Assembly (NCBI GenBank): GCA_002500135.1
Contig: DLSM01000001.1
Span: 16,629 to 80,628, forward strand
Reading direction: 5' to 3'
DNA: 64,000 bases
From: Christensenella sp. UBA7862
GTDB taxonomy: Bacteria; Bacillota; Clostridia; Christensenellales; UBA1242
Shown one piece after another: positions 56,701-62,700 of the stretch. The notes under the pieces are model-generated. The model saw only the letters and a program-made list of their open reading frames with translations. It searched no databases and was not told the origin of the DNA. The position numbers were made by a program, and so were the translations under genes. The stretch's first letter is position 1. Each line of letters starts with the position of its first letter.

Positions 56701-59075
56701 CAGAAATTGGCGAAGCAAAAAGTTGCGGCATTGTGGGCGACCTTGTTGCAGGCGGCATAGTTTGCAACCTTGAAAACAGTCTTGACACACAATCAGCGAA
56801 ACTTGGACTTCACACAAGTTACAACAATGTTCCAGTTGAAGCAAATGCAAAATTGACTGAAAGAACACAATGTGTTGGCGGGCTGGTGGCAAATCTTAAA
56901 AATTCTTCAGTTGTAAATTGCTACAACGGGACAAACGGACTTGTAAGCATTGGCAGTCCATCAAAGCCAAGCGAAACAGTTATGGTTGTTGGCAGTCAAG
57001 AAAACGGAGAACTTGTAAATGTGTTTAACATTTGTACAAATGGCGGAAAAGAATTGACCGCAACCCCAGCATTGTTTGAAATTGTTGACGGCGAAATGAA
57101 GAAAGTTGACGGCGAAGGTGTGACCCCAGTGTTTGACAATCTCACCTCTTCCACTTCAGACGGCAAAAAATCTACAATTTGGGCAAAAGAATATTCACTC
57201 AACCCACAAGGCTCAAAAGGTGAACTTTATCCTTCACTTCGTGGCGTGGGACTAGAATGGAAAAACACAGAATGTGACTCACTTCTCAGTTTCTCCACTC
57301 AAATTGACGGATACAAGTCAAGAGTAAGAGCGGCAGCAGACGCAAATGATATTATGTTCGCTGAAGAAGTTCTAGGCGCTCAAGAACTATCAAGCAAAGA
57401 CTCTAGCATAAATCAAATTTATCTTATCTCTACCCCTCAAGAACTTGCATGGCTATCGCTTGCAGTTAACAGTGGAATGAGGTCGGCTCATTGTGAGTTT
57501 ATCCTCACAGCAAACATTGACCTCTCTGGACGCTTCTTCACTCCAATAGGTCAAAGCGAGCAAACGGCTTTCTGCGGTGTGTTCAACCTTAACGGACATA
57601 CAATAAGTGGTCTTACAATCGACAACTTAAGTTACACTTATGCTGGACTGTTCGGCTGGACAAGCAACGCATATATCATAAACGGATATGTAAAAGACGC
57701 ATTTGTCAAAGTGGAAAGTTCGACATCAACAGCAAATATGTTTGTTGGAACAGTTGTCGGCTATGCGAACAACACGACAATCAAAAATATTTCAGTTTCA
57801 ACAGCAGTCCTTGCAAAGAATGTTGGCAAAGTGTATGTTGGCGGTGTTGCGGGTTATGTTTCTGGAACTATCCAATACAAAATGGAAAACATCATAAGCA
57901 GACCTTCTACAAAAACACTTTCTGCAGGCGAAAACTACATTGACCTCAGCGACTATAGCACAAGAATTTATGAGGAAGACTCAACTTCTGGTGCTTCAAA
58001 ACTCAAAGATGTTTCAATTAACATTGGCGGAATAAGTTTGTCAGAAAGAGTGTTCGCTGGCGGAATTGTTGGCTTTATGTCAAACTACAACAGCGAAGCA
58101 ACCTTGGCGGGAATGTCCTACTGCACAAACGAAAGCAATGTTGTCGCAATGTCTGTTGGCAGTCAGCCAGCAAATGTTTATGGCGGTGGTGTTGCAGGAT
58201 ATTTGGCAAATCAAATGGCTATTGAAGCGTGTCAAAACTCTGGAGCAATAAAGACAAGTTCCACATTGTTTGACGCAGTGGGCGGAATTGTTGGATATAT
58301 GTTCTATGGCACAATGAGAAATTGCCACTCCACAGGATATGTTGAAAGTTGCTTGAATTCATCTATAAAAGGTGAAACTTCAAGCGGAAGCGTGTTCTCA
58401 TACATTGGCGGAATTGTCGGCATATCAATCGGCGGAACAATAACCCACACAATCTCTCAATCTTCAACTTATCAAGATGTTCTAACGGGCAAAAACATTG
58501 CAGTCGGCGGCATCATTGGATATTCAAGAGATAAAGACAACTTTAGTGGTGATGTAAGTGTTATGTTTGACAGTGCAGGCAACTTTGGTTCGGCAACAAC
58601 GGGCATAGGACTATCTGACCCAGCTATTGATAAAAATGCAACTATTTACTCATCAGATTTCACCAAATTCTCAATTAACTCAGCAGACCAAACATTGTTC
58701 CAACCAACTTACTGGTCAGGCAATTCTTCAGCCATTCACCTCAAATCACAAAAAGCATACATTGCGCTTACAAGTGTGTTTGCAGCAAATATTTCTCTTG
58801 TAGAAAAAGATGATGGGTCAAGATCCCCACTTGTCTATCAAGAACAAGGCAACACTTTCCGTGGACTTTTGGCAGATACTGACGGGAACTATTCACTTGA
58901 AGTTGCAAAAGATAGCGAAATGGAGGCAATAACACTTACAATCTTAAAACTTGACGGCACAAGGGAAGTTGTAACACAAGAAACAGACTTTGGCACAAGT
59001 GAAAGTGTAACAGTTGAAATTGCAAACTATGTAAAAGATGCAGTGTGCATATTTGTGACAGTGGTCAAAAAATAA
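41700..59075 (+). CDS. giant surface lipoprotein 2 (5,791 aa), paralogue of giant protein 1
   Basis: A stop-free 17.4-kb frame, with ATG 41700 after AGAGGAAG. The architecture matches gene 1: lipobox, about 1,160 aa of Ig-like segments, then GLUG-like cassettes (TFGGIAGINFGEILECTTSF, VFGGIAGVNFGRIEL, YVGGLVGQMTSGEIKN). There are three well-conserved C-terminal cassettes. Confidence 0.85.
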   Translation: MKKIFSKIMIFLLIVSSLVIFGCKERYGDLRMSLNFCFTSFSSRTLEDGTKRWTNASDNSVVDENLDGSYTLYIYGNTQGSAYIDATFTGTPDDFNSDIGVSLSNPILTVGKKQYIDGGIRFSVTPNQEGSTVLTVLSAEGNKQRSVNISVAQVPTALRFKESKIALSYKGGTTTNLADGLENNLSFGMRNVAFELGELSGEGETLLDRFTPFSSIQLAAKNISLNAGVLTLLEDYDLQENGEIYVRATYSNPLGDDLVQLQQIEFLPQISNFEIYTFDEASSNGLGSKVGDSNNILSTINFVTNIAITHKDFVLRVDTNGKKLNISSVEDSLCPFTVSVQPNYENYGLTFGQNSLPIRYFNADGEITTEGNISHSTYALCYIRLVPSKVKSTEGSANYPQGTYDMLFRCEYVDYANEEFATSATLRTKCYTVVNNYAANGNILQNNNIEGNFVEDNCFAAELMTNFDASLGVKISLTVGEPLNVLSNRTAFQIKFYKRQAGSSTISKLSEDEVLNMFQISMDAEGNLLQSGFEGHRFLAGTNFYFKIKEAGEAFIGDDVFMQVVSCEEQSSAECVIKLSLFQGISEITGYDLVLRSREIDETTGDYIIYDRQNVTFENAKASLDLDLSKDYIAILTLNVFPLDATLSNVYVSSLRDNVVLAKVEGGKIILDPQSVGKNVAISLGSSNLRQTYSLEVNVYYPVVSMDAEIVDISSNSSIGDYTIGTRNIYAKVKAKEQVNFLLTTRPYDATRYDMTYTVFDITSGKDMQVKTPYTVYHDGRTTGSSKISDDYFELNCKANAFMFTSDLSNGKTYVVQFKLENLDGTTLEWTFTLSSYVPVEEIDINLSRVEVFDPQSVAYEQKLESGITFDPTNPPENVFGFDVKVNKTSGRTPTKTFEEKSYITIRIDGNIDSIYEVTNGTMAKTSGDNSVLKLLFEGVFGGKYWFELQDNTKNISTIQIEVKIVEFRQSHFARKNISILKHEQVSDIYTDGQTTLRLRDMDIDGDINIPLEIANEKAYNKTLVTQNVSVVTVGGKTMYVVAARGVASASIQSKTNMHATLTISPTGLAGRILIVVLPQDKIYSKAQYEILSGEMREIELSKEDFTSGVFYVQNAGVYEVANEYTDGRKYYAKVVDYSSLLNIWKNTLVVQLDVENGEDVPYSVSSVQDLLNISQNPTKRYVLTNNIRFDSSRTFSSIGGYFEVNITEEQFANGVYYIKNNLDQYVLQTAYRAGQIYYAYGFGGELSGRYEVQDKTSATTHYEYYSIENVYLPSQISSKTFGLFETLYGKVSDVDIKFVFAQPNIANEITFGGIAGINFGEILECTTSFSGAILRTNKQTVFGGIAGVNFGRIELSEKQSSSRSLTGDVTIISTGKELLSVGGIAGLNFGEIVGSFARGNADSVSFGDSAYDSNINITVQISGNENALNNININNIPSRIVKMFENLVVGGENENTSFFIPQSYANISALFAMDRDYSLENAGDGILSGVGGAVGTNFGKISNLSVQGNVSAEDCDYVGGIAGLAVANEKYNSKITDLNGNYSISYSYTSSHVLGNHYVGGVVGAARGFLKSSEVVDENVSDIPVGLYDVGAENYVRDEHSRNFVVGKGEVGGFAGKLVGVNAQYLSVTSYHDEYASQGTTWLANQDNYDVVANETSTGFNLNEINDGLAGGFAGSSDHAKFFACGANVNLWAPSSIASFIFSYMSNEGEYNVANVFGKGVVNASGSSRTWGSLGAGVNFGNNTLSFSKVIDKAGKPTYFVGNTSYSETQFAEQINAKFESSLAQLPWKAEKDASGKVVGLPMLYISYDVKVGETTVTRTEPLFVLGPVTVNVVTRDNVLSNEGWKFVKLDDKTLMLFFAMDEQNSVSSSILTTLNTTKLLELLDITVSPSGAKSNKLIVQSSSDLLEVSGENIIVKSIGKEGSETVTLTISSMLSSQNSTYNAKVQIILCYGLSDVNIYANTSFTAPLSENLGIDLLLSETQTVYANPEFVVEISDEEVNLRAMDNVGLRFEVASDDINPIIENLNGTATSIGNIFTIGSKQWSSVVSNGKIEKYYVNIDATFASFIPLLAIPDGAKLNIKCVPYIYQVVDGERKNFLLEEHSTNFYLSITHGATSIALSNNTQPNFVMNQLQTLSFTIGMATDSVDDKIILDNLLGLSDDLGINVGEYQYEFVDEVGKVEVVGPTETRGKTGLRKISQSFTVWFKDKLAGIKQDKNYVFNFHSSINASVLVSVNVKIIGENEVKSVYTNVYADYDDFPQKSSGGYIYSGLADSPAVLGVEVYPYVTNYSNVRLSYTSSTGDLLFMSPITLDLKNEHGKQFVDNASVAVIGADGKSLTVHKSVGQDTFLSNDSGVYSYARSYFFKLFTDSTVTEGTQFVIKIEIINEQGTVILTKEETVYTLKKPGITFSFDKNLLKDDNDTLYYLPINTKNELSVETINYSDNIKWSLSAVDERGNAYANFSDIKESLEPTKENGKYYVQVLKYGEIFNTDLVGKTVTLRGEITNNKQTYSYEVKFVVTLFTVKNISVQNAENNSLKVKVATTTPLKLDVSAYYDDSVNAENSWYDDWYQNIGSKAGEREKDSLYKNLTNAGYEVKQYFVDYLNDFADSVAKVATDKQGTISGVFKSEDGSQLVSGNKYLEETFGVEKFKDYFALYGLRANRTFNIIFDSQISYSAKNTLESKSAGVPNVCDYLTESYDKIKQFTQTLDVMFVYATELRNAIPVSTADEFISMQEGKDYRLVNDIVLENYTPLSTKIGSFDGNNKVIFIKSFSYNSSSTGSINLGLFEKIESDVEVSGEKKQIVIQNTTVYYTPNVTEEIFESKGETIKILEPSLESLRISLPNASSVTFGGIASSNAGVITNANVLGGVKIEINSSDVVSGGTATSLVGGLVGTNEKTGYITNSSVGAKLFRSKTKQNDEKTYDGFDIYCYGKVGGFVGTNGGKIVASYFESGSIEHNSKEEGVGGFVQTNNGEILECYVQGRRSENDKDIRNTGSGIVSRAGIVGGFVYSNNGTISDCYSNIWLSSSGAIAGFVYVDSASSIISRSYSISYKKAGDNNTTAYPFAGPKTLLSTEVCINGVLNDCFFLNDRTKNDKWENTNFYIEGQSDPAKTPANKKAVELSTANFATHTYFTNYDLSLVYNSDGQYANDDKYSYVDGYTWAIIEGKPVLASTLVRTISQRDYLGKKKNYTGYTQIFALQSTSDWKSAKRDNDPSITDYTSSSSGKLLFSKQDNGDTVDFIYPAVETANGNYESLVITYQVVKDGGKTTYVNPVAEYGEDKRVLDIQEGSINDENPKDTNFRANDTITVTFDYENNFISSITYYTLDENNITYYYKGDVSGISFASGNQTNPVTIYDRDSLVYALTNTVSSDDNLDKYFRIICDIDLDGEFLSTSKTNFTGVLQGNHMTIDNLSMSYNRWQADQVDKEAFGMFAKITSDEKKDTIISNLKLGIVQIVSNVHPYVGALAGIVTGTSVKTDKKVLFNNISIAAADGGYAPVQGRNVVGGLAGYIGRNVIIKDITTDVSVISTFDASGDASEAVRLYLKENSNLSSCSYVGGVVGVFDATSVVDKATKKNYNASNVTVLSGNAFLGGVVGTAFGLLGTDTIANYVNVQVESNDTSFVKAQFYGGGIVGENRGILLSSSARNVDENDSTVSVGKSTLAQYDYFFNAAGTQTVAIGGLVGLNNGGLISNCIGAIDVRSSRTTIVGGAVGRQLAGGIENVIVSGSVMGDKIIGGLVGTINDKEMIASPESSFSEKAMMKDDDVHLALTGYNLAEGSQVICRISNCVAENNWLYEDYDKYVRKIEAITKVAVGGFVGLISTIDNTDENGKTYTWKDKIVFDGQSTYVGAISNGTSKRYLKAAYACNTFDYAKNVSESNYTILCNIQGQQSVFPAGQQELYVSTQSSDISYTIKRIPFTTYSDKSSEGDEYKNIIYQIEKTGNKDFSQDEGFYDEIKILEITSSRETYTGSFESGIWYHSNNTDKPVEYTWFAEHFGVVYEKYEYKYEDGTVVTGIQKVVDYNHMGEDDDLVKAFGNYNIEASGENTFYTVGYNDLSKLPTRTMVVDATKNETKEITPETATTTFCYIARPTISKFTFDRTFDYKSNNEVINDIALYGGIENTGAIKNGANSFAEVGLLTNQSTFILNGLKLFEFEDDKPTSLWTEVEKDSKIYRLSEEMLAVWGGVDLPDGGKIVDITIHVAQAEVDKTWYVSKVILTYKYDGVVVEDNSSKATFLKQSQNPDNPLETTYSLISSAKKSAFKSFDSGYWIFANDFYSGVIPFESKYPQNIEYAETYVWEDFRTTGETGLITEIKTAEDLALFAYLVNSGNDYANQEVKLIADIDLSGKYWIPIGKDAAHPFKGKFIGQGRTIKYISVDENSLAKSEETKVEYAGLFGYLSGAAISSLTLLGGETKGNYAGGLAGYAENSKCSGIANRNNVIGDSYAGGLVGQATKSTFEGCINYAEVKSSNNYDAQNVYVGGLVGQMTSGEIKNPEGVETANNGTIQAQSTHNNHFGENPHKINLYAGGIVGCAENVKISCDLKNYGNVNVTTNAANIWAGGLFGKLNTTSCAGMFNKGKVSVVNSNRNTTDTRSKMYVGGNVGEAITSMSQMSNEEDVTVVCDLVTRLDSYVGGIAGLLSGNLIESYNAKNITFTSKGGDAAYVAGLVGVMSCAEGSDVIAVSDCYNSGKVTTTCGGVGYVAGIAGLCEGATNHVVIKNTLSIGQISTQSGEGACLTGAITNYTANTSLIYRPENIVDEAQAVSTFANFFLRGTAVMDGQTQDGLGGELPANYEEEKFAKGRISTTLKEESTYNPEGEAIWNFGNGVGKATWEWKYATWYPTLANNSPNTIWTDSVEDMVQVGGDYVIDTPEQLAKLALLSNSGTLDTKGKTFRLRNAIDLSNKLWIPIGTEEFPFEGTFEGGGYSVYNMTVDGSAVVLSGIKDLKLGGLFGVVRNSKIANLGVISPIVKNVNNAAGVVAKANNTLIQNVYTEIGEAKSCGIVGDLVAGGIVCNLENSLDTQSAKLGLHTSYNNVPVEANAKLTERTQCVGGLVANLKNSSVVNCYNGTNGLVSIGSPSKPSETVMVVGSQENGELVNVFNICTNGGKELTATPALFEIVDGEMKKVDGEGVTPVFDNLTSSTSDGKKSTIWAKEYSLNPQGSKGELYPSLRGVGLEWKNTECDSLLSFSTQIDGYKSRVRAAADANDIMFAEEVLGAQELSSKDSSINQIYLISTPQELAWLSLAVNSGMRSAHCEFILTANIDLSGRFFTPIGQSEQTAFCGVFNLNGHTISGLTIDNLSYTYAGLFGWTSNAYIINGYVKDAFVKVESSTSTANMFVGTVVGYANNTTIKNISVSTAVLAKNVGKVYVGGVAGYVSGTIQYKMENIISRPSTKTLSAGENYIDLSDYSTRIYEEDSTSGASKLKDVSINIGGISLSERVFAGGIVGFMSNYNSEATLAGMSYCTNESNVVAMSVGSQPANVYGGGVAGYLANQMAIEACQNSGAIKTSSTLFDAVGGIVGYMFYGTMRNCHSTGYVESCLNSSIKGETSSGSVFSYIGGIVGISIGGTITHTISQSSTYQDVLTGKNIAVGGIIGYSRDKDNFSGDVSVMFDSAGNFGSATTGIGLSDPAIDKNATIYSSDFTKFSINSADQTLFQPTYWSGNSSAIHLKSQKAYIALTSVFAANISLVEKDDGSRSPLVYQEQGNTFRGLLADTDGNYSLEVAKDSEMEAITLTILKLDGTREVVTQETDFGTSESVTVEIANYVKDAVCIFVTVVKK

Positions 59076-59078
59076 AAA

Positions 59079-59107
59079 ATATCTCCCAAAATGGGGGATA
59101 TTTTTTT
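59079..59107 (+). terminator. rho-independent terminator after giant gene 2
   Basis: ATATCTCCC - AAAAT - GGGGGATAT hairpin with one G-U pair, running into a T7 tract (59101-59107). Confidence 0.8.
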
Positions 59108-59135
59108 GAAATAAGAAATAAGAAATAAGAAATAA
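59108..59135. repeat. four tandem copies of the heptamer GAAATAA
   Basis: Read directly, immediately 3' of the terminator. Two further degenerate copies lie at about 59157-59171. Confidence 0.85.
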
Positions 59136-59497
59136 GAGTGAAGGTCGTTTGAGATTAAAAATAAGAAATAGAACTTGATGTCAATATAATGAGAAAAAAG
59201 TTTATTAGTTTGAGTTTAAAGCCGCTAAAAAAACAAATAGATAAAGAGCAGTGCTTCTCTCAATCAAATATAACGACTTAATTAAATCTAAAAACAAATC
59301 ATTTAAAATAAAAAATAAATGAAGTTGTCCACAAAAAAAATGAATTTTTGTGCAAATTTAACATTGAAATATGTGGAAAAGTGTGATATTTTTGTTATGT
59401 AACATAGTTTTTGGGGAGAAAATAGTGATATTTTTTGCCAAAATTGGAGAAAATTGCAAAAAATACTTGACAAAATAAAATTTTTTTGAAAAAACTA

Positions 59498-59526
59498 TTG
59501 ACTTAATTTTCCCCTTGTGATAAACT
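59498..59526 (+). promoter_or_regulatory. sigma-A-type promoter candidate for rpoBC
   Basis: TTGACT (59498-59503), 17-nt spacer, extended -10 TGaTAAACT (59518-59526). This would give a leader of about 230 nt before ATG 59761. Confidence 0.4.
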
Positions 59527-59760
59527 CTGAGTTACGATAAACTGTTATATTGCTGCTTTTTGTAGGATTTAATCAAATAAAAGAAGGTATCTGCATGTCA
59601 AAATTATGTTTTTTAATTTAGTTTAGTGTTAGTTGAATTGAGTTATCAAGCATAATTTTTTTTTGTAAATTCTGATAAAAACATTTATAAACATTCATGC
59701 AATCTTATTTATATTATTCCCAAAAACAACGATAAACAAACATTTTATTAAGGAGCAAAA

Positions 59761-62700
59761 ATGGCACAAAAAAGTCTTGCAATGAAAAAAACAAAATATG
59801 GCAATGTAGAAAGGATAAATTTTTCAAAGATTGAAGAGCCAATCGAGATGCCTTATCTTCTTGCTATCCAAAAGGACTCTTATAAAGAATTTTTGGAAAC
59901 TGGCATAGCAGAAGTTTTGGAAGAATTTTCTCCAATTATGGATTACAGTGGAAAGGCTGAAATCTATTTTGTTGACTACACTTTGGACCCAACAAAAAAA
60001 CAATCTAAACAAGAGTGCAAAAGAAAGGGTATTACATACTCTGTCGCTCTTAAAGCACGTGTTCGTCTTGTCCACAGAGAAGACGGCGAAGTGACCGAAC
60101 AAGATGTTTTCTTGGGCGATGTTCCTCTTATGACAGAGGAAGGTTCTTTTATCATTAACGGCATTGAAAGGGTTATTGTCAGTCAAATCGTTCGTAGCCC
60201 AAGTGCCTATTTTGGCAAAGAGCAAGACAAGACTGGTAAATATCTATTCAACGGCACCATTATTCCAACTCATGGAACATGGCTTGAAATTGAACAAAAT
60301 GTTTCTGACGTTTTGAAAATGGTTGTTGACAGAAGCAGCAAAGTAACTTTGGGTGTATTCCTAAAGTGTTTTGGCTACACTTCAAAACAAATTTTGGACA
60401 TCTTTGGCAACAATCCACTTATCAAGTCAACTCTTGAAAAGGAAATGCAAGAAACTCAAGAAGAAGCACTTATTGAACTCAGCAAAAAAATGCGTCCAAC
60501 AGAAGTGCCAAGTGCCGAAGCAACTTATAACTATATAAACTCTTTGTTCTTCACACATCAATATTACAACCTTGCTCGTGTGGGAAGATACAAACTTAAC
60601 AAAAAACTTTCAATCGCAACTCGTATCACTGGCGAAACAGCATATGGCGATATCAAAATTGGCAACACAGTTATTGTTAAAGACGGGGAAATTATCCCAA
60701 GAGATGTCGCAAAGAAAATTCAAAATTCTGGCATAAATGAAGTTTGGGTCAGAGCAAAAACATTGCGTGGCGAATTCCAAATGGAAGGCGACAAGTTTGT
60801 CCCACATAAAATAGTGGGTAACAATCGTGTTGAACTTTCTGCAATTTTCCCATGTGACGAAAAAGAACTTGGCGTTCTTGAAATGGTCTATTATCCAACC
60901 CTTCAAAAACTCCTTCAAGAATACAAGACAAAAGATGAAAGACTTCAAGCAATAAGAGATCATGCAAAGGAACTTATGAACTTCCAACTTACAATGGACG
61001 ACATCTTTGCAACAATCAGTTATCATCTTGACTTGAACGCAGGCATTGGCGAAATTGACAACATCGACCACCTTGCAAACAGACGTATTGCAACAGTTGG
61101 CGAACTTATGAAAGGTGCTTTCAGAAGCGGCATCACAAAACTTGCTGGCGTCATTCGTGAAACTTTGCAAGCACAAGACTTGTCAACAGTCAGTCCAGCA
61201 TCAGTTATCAACGCAAGACCAGTCAACAAGGCTCTCAAAGATTTCTTAGCAAGTTCACAACTTTCACAACTTATGGACCAAGTTAACCCAGTAAGTGAAC
61301 TTACTCAAAAGAGAAAAATCTCCGCTGTTGGACCTGGCGGTGTTAAGAAAGAAAGAGCAACTGCAGAAGTTCGTGATATTCACTATTCTCACTATGGCAG
61401 AATTTGTGCTGTTGAAACTCCAGAAGGTCAAGGTGTTGGTCTTATCAACTCCGTTGCGACCTATGCAAAAGTAAACGAATATGGCTTCCTTATGTCACCA
61501 CTTAAAGTTGTTGACAAAGAAAAGGGAATTGTTACAAACGAAGTCGTCTATCTTATGGCAGACGAAGAAGAAAATTGCTGCATTGCACAAGCAATCGAAC
61601 CACTAACCCCAGAGGGCAGATTTGTAAACCCTCGTGTAATTGTTAGAAGAAAAGACGCAATTATCGAAGTGCCAGCAAACGAAGTTGACTATGTTGACGT
61701 TTCTCCAAGACAACTTATCTCTGCTGCAACAGCACTTATCCCATTCCTTGCAAATGACGATACAGCCCGTGCGCTTATGGGCTCTAACATGCAACGTCAA
61801 TCTGTGCCTCTTATCAGAACCGAAGCACCTATTGTTGCAACAGGCATCGAACATAAAATTGCCGTTGACTCTGGTGCAATGGTGCTTGCAAAGAAAGCAG
61901 GTTATGTATCATATGTTTCAGCAACCGAAATCAGAGTTAAAAATGATGATGGCGAAACAGATTGCTACAATCTTATCAAATTTACAAAAACGAACCAAGA
62001 TACTTGCATAAATCAAAAACCAGCAGTTATCAAAAATCAAAGAGTTGAAGCAGGCGATGTGCTTGCAGACGGCTTCTCCACAAAGGACGGCGAACTTGCT
62101 CTTGGAAAGAACATGACAATCGCCTACATGAACTGGGAAGGCTACAACTATGAAGACGCTATTTTGATTTCTGAAAGACTTGTAAGAGAAGACTTGTTCA
62201 CTTCAATCACTCTTAAAGTTGAGGAAAGCAAAGCAAGAAGCACAAAACTTGGTGATGAAGAAATAACAAGAGATATTCCAAACCTTGGCGAAGACGCTTT
62301 GAAAAACCTTGACGAAAACGGAATTGTCCGTATTGGTGCAGAAGTTAGAACAGGTGACATCTTGGTTGGAAAAGTCACTCCAAAAGGTGAAACTGAACTC
62401 ACCCCAGAAGAAAGACTTCTTCGTGCAATCTTTGGCGAAAAGGCAAGAGAAGTTAGAGATACATCTTTGCGTGTTCAACACGGACATGGCGGAATTGTTG
62501 TGGACGTTCAAGTGTTTACAAGAAAGAATAAAGATGAACTTGAAGCAGGTGTCAACACAATGGTCAAAGTTTATGTCGCTCAAAAGCGTAAACTTTCCGT
62601 TGGTGACAAAATGGCTGGACGTCACGGAAACAAAGGTGTCGTAAGTCGTGTCCTTCCACTTTCCGACCTTCCATTTATGGCAGACGGAACCCCAGTTGAT

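Noticed and set aside
15689-59075. An orphan acyl carrier protein gene just upstream of megadalton ORFs suggested an NRPS/PKS megasynthase locus.
   Set aside because: Neither giant protein shows condensation (HHxxxDG), adenylation, ketosynthase, acyltransferase (GHSxG) or carrier (DSL/GGxS in context) motifs. Both have lipoprotein export signals and repetitive Ig-like and GLUG-like content. spoIIID, with its own promoter and terminator elements, separates acpP from them.
16724-59075. Polymorphic-toxin interpretation of the giants (Rhs/YD-repeat, CdiA/filamentous haemagglutinin, LXG).
   Set aside because: There are no YD repeats, no PxxxxDPxGL core end, no TPS/FHA or LXG N-terminus, and no VENN-type pre-toxin motif. 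No small immunity-like ORF follows either gene: gene 1 is followed by gene 2, and gene 2 by 685 bp without an ORF of 60 aa or more.
59108-59171. The tandem repeats (GAAATAA x4 here and the 11-mer x7 at 41517-41593) were checked as possible CRISPR arrays.
   Set aside because: The units are 7 and 11 bp and directly abutting, with no unique spacers. No cas genes are present in the window.
59325-59380. DnaA-box-like 9-mers upstream of rpoB: TTGTCCACA at 59325-59333 and TGTGGAAAA at 59372-59380.
   Set aside because: Each has one mismatch to the consensus. One-mismatch boxes are frequent in AT-rich DNA; several others occur inside CDSs, for example around 7680, 23030 and 54340.
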